Shown piece after piece: positions 38,472 to 50,052 of a stretch of DNA of 64,000 nt. The DNA is taken from NCBI GenBank assembly GCA_964188305.1, contig OZ076894.1. One strand, given 5' to 3'. Each line of letters begins with the position of its first letter. The first letter of the stretch is position 1. Both the position numbers and the translations under genes were made by a program. This stretch comes from Podarcis bocagei. Lineage: Eukaryota. The notes beneath the pieces were generated by a model, which saw only the letters and a list, made by a program, of their open reading frames with translations, had not been told where the DNA came from and ran no database searches.

Positions 38472-40437
38472 ATATCATAGACGTCTCACAAGAAACAATG
38501 GAATGTTAGGGAAGGCTGGTAAATCTCTGAGCCAAGGCCATAGTGTGCCATCTTGGCTATTATTGATGGCGTTGCATTATGATATGTGCGCATCAGCATG
38601 GGCCAAGCTTGTTGAAAATGATCCACACTGCATCTAAATCACCCTGTTCAATACTGTGTGTGCTTTTGGCAACACTGGCACTACTTTTAGCAGCACCTGC
38701 ATAGTGCAATGTTAGTGCTGCTGTCTGGCCAGCACTGGCTAGTTTCTTTCTAAAATATGGATAGGACTTAGCTGAGTTGTTTGCACCACTTAACAGTGGG
38801 AGCCACAAAATTCAAAATATGAAACCCACGTGTCATCTAAAGGATCTTCAGCTTTCCACACCTTATCGTAGCTGCCTTCAGGCATTCAGGGTGAATGCAA
38901 GAGGGGACCTCACATGTAAAAGCAACCAAGCCCCGCCCCACAAACACCTGTGTGCACATTGGCTATGCCCCCCCCCCAGCCAAAGGGGAAATTTGTGACT
39001 GTGTGAATGTATGAGGGCAATGCCCCTTACACAGGGCCATGAATGCTGATCAGCGCGGGTTTCTTTCCTCATGGAGTGAACCCTGCTTACATCTGCACTC
39101 ACATAGACCCTCTTCAGACTGACTGTGACAGCATGTCGGCCAGGGGGTGTGACTGGAGTAGGTGTCTAGTGGGTAGGTAAGGGTGTAGACTTCAGAGTTA
39201 AAGCTCTCACCAAGCCCTGATCCAACTTCAGTTCCTGCTGCTATTAATTATTATTTTTAAATAATTAAATGTAGCATTAAGTGGGATATGCACAGGTGAA
39301 ATGAGGTCTACTCACACAATGGATTTCCCCATCCTTCCCCCCTCATACACCACCCCCCCCAAACCTGGGTTTTTCCCCAACCCTCCAGAGAAGACCTAGA
39401 GGGCACAAGGAGAGGAGAGGGGGAAATCTCATTGCACGAGTGGCCCTTGTTCCACTTGCACAACAACTTAGTTGAATCCTGCCTAATGGCTCATCCATGA
39501 ACTTTCATTCTGAATTGCTGCCCTACACACACACAAACACACAGAGACAGTATTGGGGTAAACTTATTAATCCATCTCACAGATGTATTGTAAGAATTAC
39601 TGAGATGTGTATGTGTGAATGTTGAAAAGCACTATGTAAGTCCTGTGCATGATTTGCTGTCAAATACCTAAAGATCTGAAACGGTTGTACCTGCTGCATC
39701 GATGCAGTGTAAACTTTTAAGGAATTGACTTAATGCAGTTGTATATATAAAAAGTCTGCTCTGTTCCTGATATTTAATAAACATTCAGTCTGTTAGGAAA
39801 GTAAGCCTCTTCTTGTGACAGCCATAGGTTTCTGTTAGCCTTAAAGCAGAAGAATGTGTACTTAACAATTATACAACCCAGTACTTTCAGATCTGACAAA
39901 GTGTGGCAGTTTCTTCTCATTTAGCTAAAACCCATGCTGTGCTGTAGAGAGGTCTTCCCAGTGATAAGCCTCACAGCTTGGTGACTGAAACTGACAAGAG
40001 GGAGTGAAAGTAGAATATTCAAGCAGTATTTTTAGTGCCTTATGCTGGGTTTGTATTATATTGGTACGTGACCCCATGCGCATCCAGTCATTGCATTTCA
40101 TTCACCTAAGGGCAAACAGATGTTCCGAAAGTCTGTTGGCAGCTAAGCCACTTCTTGTCTATCGACATAACATTGTAAATGATAGCAGGTTGTGCAATTT
40201 ATGGCCTGGCAAATCTCTGTAGCCATGAACAACCATATTGTTTAACTTCAACCATAGGCACCCCTTGGTCCATGGCAGCTGGTGATCACGGACCTGCGAA
40301 TGCAGAAGCAACACTGGCTTGTCAGAATAGGCACAACTTGAAACCGGGAGGCCCACAACAGAAAGAACAATGCAGAGACATCCAACATCAAAATATGAAA
40401 TAATTATATGGAGATCTTATACTGAAAGAGAGTGCAG

Positions 40438-40529
40438 CAGGGCCGGCCCACCCATGAGGCAGGCAAGGTGACTGCCTCAGGTGGCAGGATCCACAGGAGC
40501 AGCAGATCTACCCTCCAGGGAATGCATTG

Positions 40530-40574
<45 letters not shown>

Positions 40575-40837
40575 GCCACTGCTGCAGAGGAGCAACAACT
40601 AGGGTGCACTCCTTGGAAGTCAGATCTGAGCATTCTCAGCAGTCCCCACCCCTGCCCATGCCACCTCTATAGTAGCCTCTTGGCAAATAGAAGGAGCTGC
40701 TGTTCTCCTCCCACTCTTGTTCCTGATGTAGATCATTATTGTCCCCTTGTTCCTGTAGTAGATCTTCACTCATCCCTGACATGGGTGCATCATTTTGTGG
40801 TTTGCCTCGGGTGCCAAAATGTCTTGGGTTGGCCCTG
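40438..40837. mobile_element. hAT (Tip100-like) non-autonomous element
   Basis: TIR cagggccggccc / gggttggccctg; TSD gagtgcag/gagtgcaa (7/8). Confidence 0.85.
40531..40572. repeat. (CTG)14 trinucleotide repeat
   Basis: Direct count; lies inside the hAT element. Confidence 0.95.
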
Positions 40838-41164
40838 GAGTGCAACCTATCTGAAGCACACAGTATAGGGGAATAAAACAGTGCTCTGTTCATCTACACT
40901 AGCCTTCCCCAACCTGGTGCCCTCCAGATGTTTTGGATACCAATCCATCAGCCCTGGCCCCCAGCACTGTGCTGGTGCACTAGGTTGAAGGGCATCAAGT
41001 TGAGGAAGGCTGATCTGTACAATTAATTGAGACACTACAAGAGCACTACTATTCTCTGAGAAGCATGTGATTTTAATTTTGTGAGTTTGAAGCTGGCTTT
41101 ATGAAGTTTGATCACTGGTTCATCAAGTTGAGAGCTGTTTACTTCAACTCTCAGGCTCTCCATA

Positions 41165-41462
41165 GCAACCTTTCCCAGTTTAGTGCCCTCCACATCTTTT
41201 GGCCTATGGACGAATCTACACTGTTTGGTTATAATGTTAAAAATGTGTTATAAAAATGTGACACCAGAGGGCACTGTAGAGCAGCGATCTGTCAGCAATG
41301 GAAAATTGCATTGAGTGCTATATTACATTTTTACAGCGTTTTTACAGATCAGTGTAGATCCAGTTTATAAATCCCATCATCCCTGACCATTGCCAATGCT
41401 GGTGGGCATCGATGGGAGTTTTAGTTTTAAACATTTGAAGGGCACCGGGTTGAGGGGACCTG
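41165..41462. mobile_element. Palindromic hAT-type MITE interrupted by a nested MITE
   Basis: gtgccctccacatcttttggcctat...aaatcccatcatccctgaccattg..gaagggcac halves rejoin when 41208-41365 is removed. Confidence 0.7.
41208..41365. mobile_element. PIF/Harbinger-like MITE (nested)
   Basis: TIR ..atctacactg / cagtgtagatcc; 3-bp tat on both flanks. Confidence 0.75.
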
Positions 41463-43938
41463 CTTTAGGGTATTAGGTATTGCTGATTCTGAGCTCTGTT
41501 TCCCAACATCCTTTGAATTGAGATTCAGGGAACATGGGACCTTTTCCGTGCAAAGACATGTGTTTTCCATTTCTGAGCTATAGCTCTGAGTTTTAGGTCA
41601 TCAGATGCAATAGTGATAATTTTAGATAGCAATACTAAGTTTATTTCAGTTACAGAATGTAGGAGGCCCACAAATTCCTGAAATCGAATGCTGTAAATTT
41701 TAAATTTGACTGGCGTAGATTTCAAGTTGCACAGTAAAGATCATGGGGGAAAATTGGATGTTGAAAGGGCATGCCTTCACGTTCCTTTGATATTAAGTAA
41801 ATATACTCTCCTTGAGAAAAAAGTGCATTACTTCTGTAAAACCATCTTTCCTACTTTATATTACTAAAGTCACCAGTGGATAAAGTTCAAAGTAATAGCA
41901 CTTTCCTCACTACAAGATGCTGTTTCAAGCAGCAGTATTCATCAATATTTTATAGTGCTGACTAAGCCAAGCTAGAAGCAAATTGCTCGTGCTCTCTTTG
42001 CCTGATGGGTTTCCTTGTCTTATCTAGTAATCTTTTTGTTTCTGATGGAAATTAATCAATCTTCACAAGGCCACAGCTAACTCTTGCTTTTCAAATCATG
42101 CAAGTGTTACTTCTCCTCTTTTCCTAAATGTTTCTTTCTGGCACATTGCAAAACAGTTGTTTTTCCTTCTGTGTAGATATGTGAGACTAAGAGCCAAAAT
42201 GGATGTAATGCAGGATTTGTTAATAGGATGTTCCACATTGGTGTTGCTGCTACAGTGTGTGATACTTACGTCAGGATTGAAGTGCTGGTGGAAGTGGATT
42301 TTAACCTCTTTGCCTGTGCTGTATTTCTGATTAAATTCTCATGCCACCCAAAAGAACTTCTATTTGTCATGTGGTCAAAAATATTCAAGTATTACGTGGG
42401 TACTTGCATTATCAAAAGAGTAGCTGGTAACTAACTTCTTCTTACTAATTGATTTCCCACAGAACATAAGATGAGCTTTGCTGGAGCAGACCAAGAGTCA
42501 TCTAGTCTGATATCTTTTTCAGCCCCATAGTAACTAGCCAGATGTTTCTCAGAAGCCAGTGGGGTGTTGTTTTTTTAGCAATATACTTTTTAAAGGAATA
42601 ATTCTTGCTGTTATTATTATTTTATACCACTTACACACAAAAATTACAGCCCACTTTTCCCCTTCAAAAATGAGTCACTCAAAGAGGCTTACAAAACACA
42701 TTAAAAGCAATAACATTCCTTCCTTGACTTCACTCATTTACCATTCTGGCATCTTCTTGAACTTGGTGTGTTTCCTGATCTGCGGTACACGATTCATCTG
42801 AACTTCTTTTAAAATGATTTTAAGTAACTTCCAAATGTCCTAAAGGAGCTTGGCCCTTATAACTTTCCTGCTTAACTAATCTCTTCATTTTTGAGGTTCT
42901 TTCTTCTTCTTTTAAGTAATTGTGAGCGTGTCAGACTTTCTTCTTACTTACATGTTGAATTTCACTGCAGTCTGGTCACTGTTCCTGACCCATTCAACAA
43001 TGCTTACACCCCACATCAGGTCCTCAGGATTAACTCAAAGGTTGCCTCTGCAAAATCACAGATGGAGAGAAACAAACATGATCATTAGGTCTAATTAGGA
43101 TCAAATATTTAGTAAGCTCTGGTAGCTGAACCTCATGTACTCACGGAGGCTGAGAAATTGTTTGGGGGTAATGTGCTGTAGAAGTAACAACTGAAGTATG
43201 CATGGTTGAATAAACCTCTTCAGAGATTTTTCACCCCTTGCGGAATGTCTTTTAGCTAACTAGAATTTTTTCATACTCAATATATTACTTTCCCACCGTT
43301 CTTGACTATCTACATCAAAATGCATTTGCAATATAAATACATGCAGAAGAAAGTGTGAATTCTGTTGTCGTTTGTAAGTATAAGTATATAGCCACCCCAA
43401 ATGTCAAAAAACAGGAAAATTAAATAATTACTACTTACATTTTCCCTTTAAAATGTTTGTTTTCATCAAGCTGCATATAAGTGGTAAAGAATTTAAAATA
43501 ATTACTCACACACGCAAAAATTAGTATCTCCCTGCTTATATGTAATTTATGTGACACAGGACAAGAGCTGGGCTGATATACAAAACAGCCAAGTGCTAAA
43601 CTAATTTGGGCTCATCTGGAATTGCAAAAATCACTGGAACTTCAGATTAGTTTTGTGAAAGCATGGTCTTGGGTCCAAAAAATGTACTTGAAATTAATGC
43701 CTCTTTGGGACAATGCATAGCTTTTTGTTGTTGTTGTTAAACTTCAGTACCTTCACTGCCCCTCTTCCCATTTGTAAAGTGAACTACAAAAAAAGCAGTT
43801 TATTTTGTTTAAAGAGTTGATGCAGTTAATGATGTACCAAAACTACAAATAATTCATTTGAGTGAGACTCAAACAGTAATAGTTTCTACATATTAGTCCT
43901 TCAAACACTGCATTGTTATAAGGTCATAATTGATTGAT

Positions 43939-44328
43939 GGGACGCGGGTGGCGCTGTGGTCTAAACCAATGAGCCTCTTGGGCTTGACGATCAGAAGGTT
44001 AGCGGTTCGAGTCACCGTGGTGGAGTGAGCTTCCCATTGCTCTGTCCCAGCTTCTACCAACCTAGCAGTTCAAAAGCACGCCAGTGCAAGTAGATAAATA
44101 GGTACCACTGTGGCGGGAAGGTAAATGGCATTTCCATGCTCTCTGGCTTCCCTCATGGTGTCCAGTTATGCCCGAAGTGGTTTAGTCATGCTGGCCACAT
44201 GACCCAGAAAGCTGTCTGCAGACAAATGCTGGCTCCCTCGGCCTCAAAGCGAGATGAGTGCCACACCCCATAGTCACCTTTGACTGGACTTAACAGTCCA
44301 GGGGTCCTTTACCTTTACCTTTTTACCT
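43939..44328 (+). mobile_element. Sauria SINE (second subfamily), full length
   Basis: gggacgcgggtggcgctgtggtctaaacc head, (tttacc)n tail; ataattgatt duplicated at 43926-43935 and 44329-44338. Confidence 0.94.
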
Positions 44329-44809
44329 ATAATTGATTATTAGTCTGGTCTGTATGTCTTGGCAGACCATTGTGATTTCTTATTATATGTCTGCTATATA
44401 GGGGCTGGGGTGTTGAGAGAAAGAGGATGGAATTTTGTGTTCCTTCTCTCATCAACATAACCCATGTTTAAGTGTTGTCTCAGCAGTTATGCCAGCCAAA
44501 GCTAAATATCTAAGCCAGGGATTGTTAGTGAGGGTCCTCCAGGTATTTTGGACTAGATTTCACAGCAGCCCTAGCCACCATGTTAAATAGTTAGGTGTGA
44601 TGTTAGTTAGTCCAGAAATCTGGAGGGCATCATCAGGTTGGCCATCCCTAGTTAAGAGAGTTCCATTGATATGTCTGCATCAGCACTGGGAGAACTGTGA
44701 AAGACTTCAACATCAGTTCACTCAGATTAAGTTCTACTGAACACAAGAGCAGCTGGAAAAAGTAAAGCATTGCAAGGCACAAGGAGACTTTGCTACTCAT
44801 ATCCAACAA

Positions 44810-44914
44810 TTGGATATTTATTGAGACGCTATCATGAGATAGCTTCATATCCCTGTATTGCAGGAGGTGATCCTCAGAGTCCCTTCCACCTCTACGATTC
44901 TGTGATTCTGATTC
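44810..44914 (+). mobile_element. CR1 3'-end remnant
   Basis: gtcccttccacctctacgattctgtgattct tail. Confidence 0.65.
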
Positions 44915-45961
44915 ATTGTCAGCCACATAATCTGAGAATATGGTGATTAAAAGAGAACAAGCAAAGAAACACGGTGTTCTGCAGTACTGCAAAGTTTAGC
45001 AATCAGTGTTCTAGTTTTTCCTGAACTCAGCTGAACTGTTCATACCTTCAAAGAAACTGTGAAAGGAGGAATGGCTTTTCGTGTCTCACAAGAAGTAGAA
45101 TTCATGGGTTTCCTTCAGGACTACTAGAAGCCACTGATGTTCTCTACAGGGGGATGCCATGAGTTCAACTTGTCACAAGTAGTAGGGGAGGGAGAAGAAT
45201 ATTAAATTGATCAAGTTTCTTCTTTTACTTCTTGTTTGGAAGTATGAACCAGTTCTTAGATTCCGATATTGATTCTTCTAGGCTTTGTTGTGTGGTGTTC
45301 TGACTCGCTTATGTATATTCAATATAAGCAGCTGGCAGCTGGAACTGAATGTTAAATATATAATCAGCAGTCCAGACAAGGCAGAATACTAAAAGGGACA
45401 AAAAAATAAAAAAGGAAACAAAATCTATTTGACACTTCCAGATATAATAAAGAATATTGGCCCAGGCTGCCTCTGTAAGCCTCTCAGCTACTGGGTTTTT
45501 AAGATCAATGTCACTGAGCAAGCAAACCTCTCAGGGTGAAAGGGGTAAAGAGAGAGAGAGAAGCGCGCAAAGTTTGAGAATCGGGGATCTACATCTTCCC
45601 CAAATTGCATCTAAAATTGGGCTCAAAGGGAGTCGACTTCCATGACATGATCAAATCCCTAAACCACAAAAGAAATTATCTTTGCAACCTAATGATGATA
45701 AAATTTAGCAGCCGAGCCAGCGGCATCCACTTGAGATGCTTGAATGTAAATTATATGGGGTGGAAGTAGGTCAGCGATTTTCTCTAACTATCCTTTAAAC
45801 TAAAACGGGTGGGGGGGGGAGAAGTCTGGAGGTAATTCATACAGCTTGGAGAACCGTGAGCACTCTCAGAGCTGTTTTGGATGATGAGTGGGGTAAAGGC
45901 GCTTTAAATAAGTACATGGCAGAAACTGAGCCACAGAAACAGAACAAGAGGACCCTATAAC

Positions 45962-46298
45962 CAGTGACAGAGCAAGGTGATCAGGCGCCTGGGGCGACGT
46001 GCATGCCCTGCGCCCAGGGGCGGGGCCAGCCGGGGCAGGACACTCCATGGGACTTCCGAGGAGTCTGCTTGCCTTCTCCCTCTCAGCCTCCCTACAGCTG
46101 AGGGGGAGGCAGCGGGCGGACCGTTTGGGGCAGCACGGAGCCTGCGGGCACCCAAGCCACCTCGTCACTCCCAGGAGAGATGCGTGGCTCGGGTGTGCTG
46201 CAGGCCCCACAGTGGGTGCCACCTGGTATTTTTTCACCCCCCTCAGAGGTGACACCCGGGGCAGCCCGGCCCCCACCGCCCCCCTTCCTCTGCCCCTG
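45962..46298. mobile_element. GC-rich hAT non-autonomous element related to 29946-30402 (opposite orientation)
   Basis: cagtgacagagcaagg / ccttcctctgcccctg TIRs; TSD cctataac/cccataat (6/8). Confidence 0.82.
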
Positions 46299-46352
46299 CC
46301 CATAATGTGTGCTGTAGCGCTGAGTGCTTCTGTTCCAATCAGTCTGCTGTAA

Positions 46353-46493
46353 AGCTCAGCCAGTAGAACATGAGACTCTTAATCTCAGGGTCATGGCTTT
46401 CAGCCCCATGTTGGGCAAAAAGATTCCTGCATTGCAGAGGGCTTGACTAAATGGCCCTTGTGGTCCCTTCCAATTCTGCAGTTCTATGATTCT
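46353..46493 (+). mobile_element. tRNA-Lys-derived SINE with CR1-type tail
   Basis: agctcagccagtagaacatgagactcttaatctcagggtc..agccccatgttgggc matches tRNA-Lys(CTT); tail ggcccttgtggtcccttccaattct..ttctatgattct is shared with the CR1 at 14022. Confidence 0.85.
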
Positions 46494-46921
46494 TCACAGT
46501 ATTTGTCTAATCCGTCTAGCCTGGTCTCTCCCCCTACCCAAACTAAAAGAATCAAGCATGGGGCCACCAAGTATGCTCTGTCCTCCTTGCAAAGTTTTGA
46601 GGGTTCTCTTCTCCTCTTCTCTTCTCTTCTCTTCTCCTCCCTTGGTGTTTTCTTCTTCTTAACCTGGTCACAAATATATCTCCCTCTTGTGCATTGGTGA
46701 TGAAGGCAGAATTTGGTTTGCTTGGTATTTTAAGGCAAGGATAGCTCACTTTGCACTTCCCAAAACAATGTGCAAACCAAAACACAGCTGTCCTTTAAAA
46801 TCCACACTTCTCTGAACTTTGTGAAGCAGTTTTCCAGCCAAAAGATGTGTGTGTTAGGGGAAGCGTGTGTGAAAATGTACATATTGGTGAAAGTAATACA
46901 CAAAAATGATTTATATTAAGG

Positions 46922-47047
46922 CAGGGGTTGGGGACTTTCAGCTCTTCAGATGTTGCTGACACTACAACCCAGCCTGTGTGGCCGATAGTCACGGCAAATG
47001 GGAGTTGTAGTTTAGCAACATCGGGGGGGGGAGGTTCCCCACTCCTA
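46922..47047. mobile_element. Palindromic hAT-type MITE
   Basis: caggggttgggga / ttccccactccta; TSD tattaagg/tattaggt (6/8). Confidence 0.72.
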
Positions 47048-47209
47048 TATTAGGTGGAATTGCTTGCAAAAATGAGTATATTGGAGGGAGCTGGGGGGGA
47101 GTGTTAGGAGAAATGCGTGCTTAGATGCTGATGAACATTTCTGAAGACTTGTGTGGCAAACTGAGGATAAGGTTTGTGCATGAGTGATGCCATTTTGACT
47201 ACATAAGTA

Positions 47210-47810
47210 CAGTGGTACCTCAGGTTAAGTACTTAATTCGTTCCGGAGGTCCGTACTTAACCTGAAACTGTTCTTAACCTGAAGCACCACTTTAGTTAAT
47301 GGGGTCTCCTGCTGCTGCCGAGCCGCTGGAGCACGATTTCTGTTCTCATCCTGAAGCAAAGTTCTTAACCTGAAGCACTATTTCTGGGTTAGTGGAGTCT
47401 GTAACCTGAAGTGTATGTGACTAGAGTGGTGCCCCGCAAGATGAACGCCTCGCGAGACGAAAAACTCGCAAAACGAAAGGTTTTTTCATTTTCGAGTTGC
47501 CTCGCAAGACGAATTTCCCTATGGGCTTGCTTCGCAAAACGAAGCTTGCCCCGCAAGCTCCGGGGACAGCAGGAAGCGCAGCGCGTCTTCTCCCCTCCGC
47601 CCCTTGCTTCAAAAGAGGGGACAGAGTGGCGCTTCCCCTCTGTCCCCGGACGGTCTCCATAGGAACGCATTGATTGATTTTCAATGCATTCCTATGGGAA
47701 ACCGTGCTTCGCAAGACGAAAAACTTGCAAGAAGAAAAAACTTGCGGAACGAATTAATTTCGTCTTGCGAGGCACCACTGTAGAAGCATATGTAACCCGA
47801 GGTACCACTG
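47210..47810 (+). mobile_element. Tigger/pogo-like MITE family A, copy 3, hosting a nested MITE
   Basis: cagtggtacctc / gaggtaccactg with TA flanks; removing the insert plus one TA restores the 242-bp family length. Confidence 0.92.
47424..47780. mobile_element. Nested Tigger-like MITE family B
   Basis: TIR gagtggtgccccgcaaga / tcttgcgaggcaccactg, TA on both flanks, internal palindrome ccataggaacgcattga..tcaatgcattcctatgg, CpG-rich. Confidence 0.92.
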
Positions 47811-48968
47811 TAACAACACTCATGCCTGAACACTGGAAAAGTGGAAAATAGTATGAGAATTGAACACATACTGTTGGATGTGGATTGAAAGAACGTTAAT
47901 GGACTGGGTCTTTTGCTCAATGCTGCTCAACATTGCACCGCTAATTGTCATTAAAGAGGCAATGAGGAGTAACATAAATCACTTATCATCGATGTGATGA
48001 GGTGGAACAAGATGAAGGGGGCAGTATGAAGAACATAAAGCAGATGCCTATCTTGTATTAAGCAAATAGCTAGCATTGCAGTTAATTAATGCTAATGCAA
48101 GCAAAGCCAGTGTTCGCTAGTGCCTCTCAGATGGGTGTGTGTGTAAAGAGAGCATCCAGTCCTTATAAAACAAACTGATGATGTTCAGAAACAGAATTCA
48201 GAATAGGAAAATATGGATAGGCGCATGCTTGAATCTCAGTGATTTGTGTCACTGGAGAACAGGCATAGCCTCCACCAACCAGTTTCTATCTTATTTCCAG
48301 AGATGGATGAATCACTCTGTTCACATCATTTCTACATGTGTTCATCCTTAAGCCCATTCCGCTCTGCTTCTGCACTACTTTGCAAAAGAATGTTATTAAT
48401 TGATCCTTGAAAGCATACTTGGTTTCATGTTGTTGTCATTTATATTCATACTAAATTTATTTTTGGCAAAAGAAATGGTTACCCATAATAATATTCAATG
48501 ATTGGATCTATAAATGCAAATGCTTCCCCCAAATCACATTTAAATCAATACTTAAATTCATCATTCTAAAGCATTTTGCCTCCAGCTATGCATTTCAAAG
48601 TGCATTCTCTCCTAAAAGGCACATTCTAAAGAAAATTATTTATACTTTTTTGGAACCACGAATTGTGAAAGTAAATTGGGAAGTATGAAAGCCAGTAAAT
48701 ACCAAATCCTAACCATGGCCACTGTCCAGAGGGGCTAATGGAGCAGTGGACCCACTGCTGCATCTGCAGCCCTGCAGTCCACACAGATCAGGGTGGACGA
48801 TGGGATGCAAGCAAACTGTTGTAGCAGCCTGGAACTGGTGCAGCAATCAAGCCCAAATCTGGGCTGATGCCGTCACATGGTAGCAGTGAGCCTGGACCAG
48901 GATCCAATGACCTAGCATTTCACCACCCCCAAAGTCCTCATCTTGGAGCTTTCCACAGATTGTTCTCT

Positions 48969-49264
48969 GAGAGCCAGTGTGCTGTAGTGGTTAAGAGCAG
49001 TGGACTCGTAATCTGGTGAACCGGGTTTGTGTCTCCGCTCCTCCACATGCAGCTGCTGGGTGACCTTGTGCTAGTCACACTTCTCTGAAGTCTCTCAGAC
49101 CCACTCACCTCACAGAGTGTTTGTTGTGGGGGGGGGGAGGGAAAGGAGAATGTTAGCCGCTTTGAGACTCCTTTGGGTAGTGATAAAGTGGGATATCAAA
49201 TCCAAACTCCTCCTCCCCTTCTTCTTCTTCTTCTTCTTCTTCTTCTTCTTCTTCTTCTTCTTCT
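48969..49264 (+). mobile_element. Squam3-like (MIR/Ther1-derived) SINE with (CTT)n tail
   Basis: gagagccagtgtgctgtagtggttaagagc head, tgggtgaccttg core, aaatccaaactc followed by (ctt)n. Confidence 0.85.
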
Positions 49265-49519
49265 GTAGATATCTGGCCAGAAACACTTTCATTTGCCCGC
49301 ATGTTCAGCGGGTAGAATAGGGCAGAGCTCTGTACCAACAGAAAATTATTCTAGTGTCACTCAGTTACAGGGGATAGCAGGTCTCGGCGGAGAAACACCT
49401 TTGCCGAATTGACAGTCCCCCCTCTTCAGCCCGATGCAAAGTGGGGTTGTTAGTTCTGGTTCAATCAGAATTTGCAAATATCACATTTCTTAAGGGATCC
49501 CTATCTATTTGCTCTTGAA

Positions 49520-49800
49520 AGCTAATCTAGGAGCTGTTTTCATCTTGTGAAAGTTTCAGTGATCCAAAATGTTACCCAAGGCAGACATGCAAGATCTGCT
49601 TGGAAGGCGGTAAGAGAGAGTGGGTGGACCAAGGCTAGAGAGAATATTGCAGTAGTCAAGGCGAGAGGTGATGAAGGAATTCTTATTCTTATTTTTTGCC
49701 AAGGGGACTGGCAGAGAGGCTGGAAAGTTGTAAAACTGGTTTGGTGACAGACTGGGTGGCAAGGGAATGAGAGTGTGAAATCAAGGGGAAAGCCAAGCTT
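49520..49800 (-). mobile_element. L2 LINE ORF2 fragment
   Basis: ORF 49556-49762 contains SFITSRLDYCN, the L2/CR1-clade ORF2 motif. Confidence 0.7.
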
Positions 49801-49811
49801 CTATACTTCTA

Positions 49812-50052
49812 CAGTTGTACCTTAGATCCTGAACGCCTTGCAAGTTAAACGTTTTGGCTCCTGAATGCCACAAACCTGAAAGTGAGTGTTCCAGTTTGCG
49901 AATGTTCTTTGGAATCTGAATGTCCAACGTGGCTTCTGATTGGCTGCAGGAGCTTCCTGCAGCCAGTCAGAAGCCGTGCCTTGGTTTCCGAACACTTTGG
50001 AAGTCAAGCAGACTTCCAGAATGGATTCCATTCAACTTCCAAGGTACCACTG
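49812..50052. mobile_element. Tigger/pogo-like MITE family C
   Basis: cagttgtacctt / aaggtaccactg termini, TA on the left flank, internal palindrome ggcttctgattggctgcagg..cctgcagccagtcagaagcc. Confidence 0.85.

Noticed and set aside
40404-40868. Poly-Ala, poly-Cys and poly-Ser ORFs
   Set aside because: Translations of the (CTG)14 microsatellite inside a hAT element.
45866-46352. GC-rich overlapping ORFs / CpG-island promoter
   Set aside because: The GC-rich core is bounded by hAT TIRs and a TSD, so it is transposon sequence.
46353-46427. Functional tRNA-Lys gene
   Set aside because: T-loop and acceptor stem are degenerate and the sequence runs directly into a CR1 tail, so it is a SINE head.
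47260-47420. CRISPR-like array from recurring aacctgaa repeats
   Set aside because: Eukaryotic context; these are short irregular subterminal repeats of a MITE, with no cas genes.
47994-48180. C/D box snoRNA (gtgatga ... ctga)
   Set aside because: The boxes are about 180 nt apart, with no terminal stem or recognisable antisense element.
49110-49338. Poly-Lys, poly-Phe and poly-Glu ORFs
   Set aside because: Translations of the (CTT)n SINE tail.
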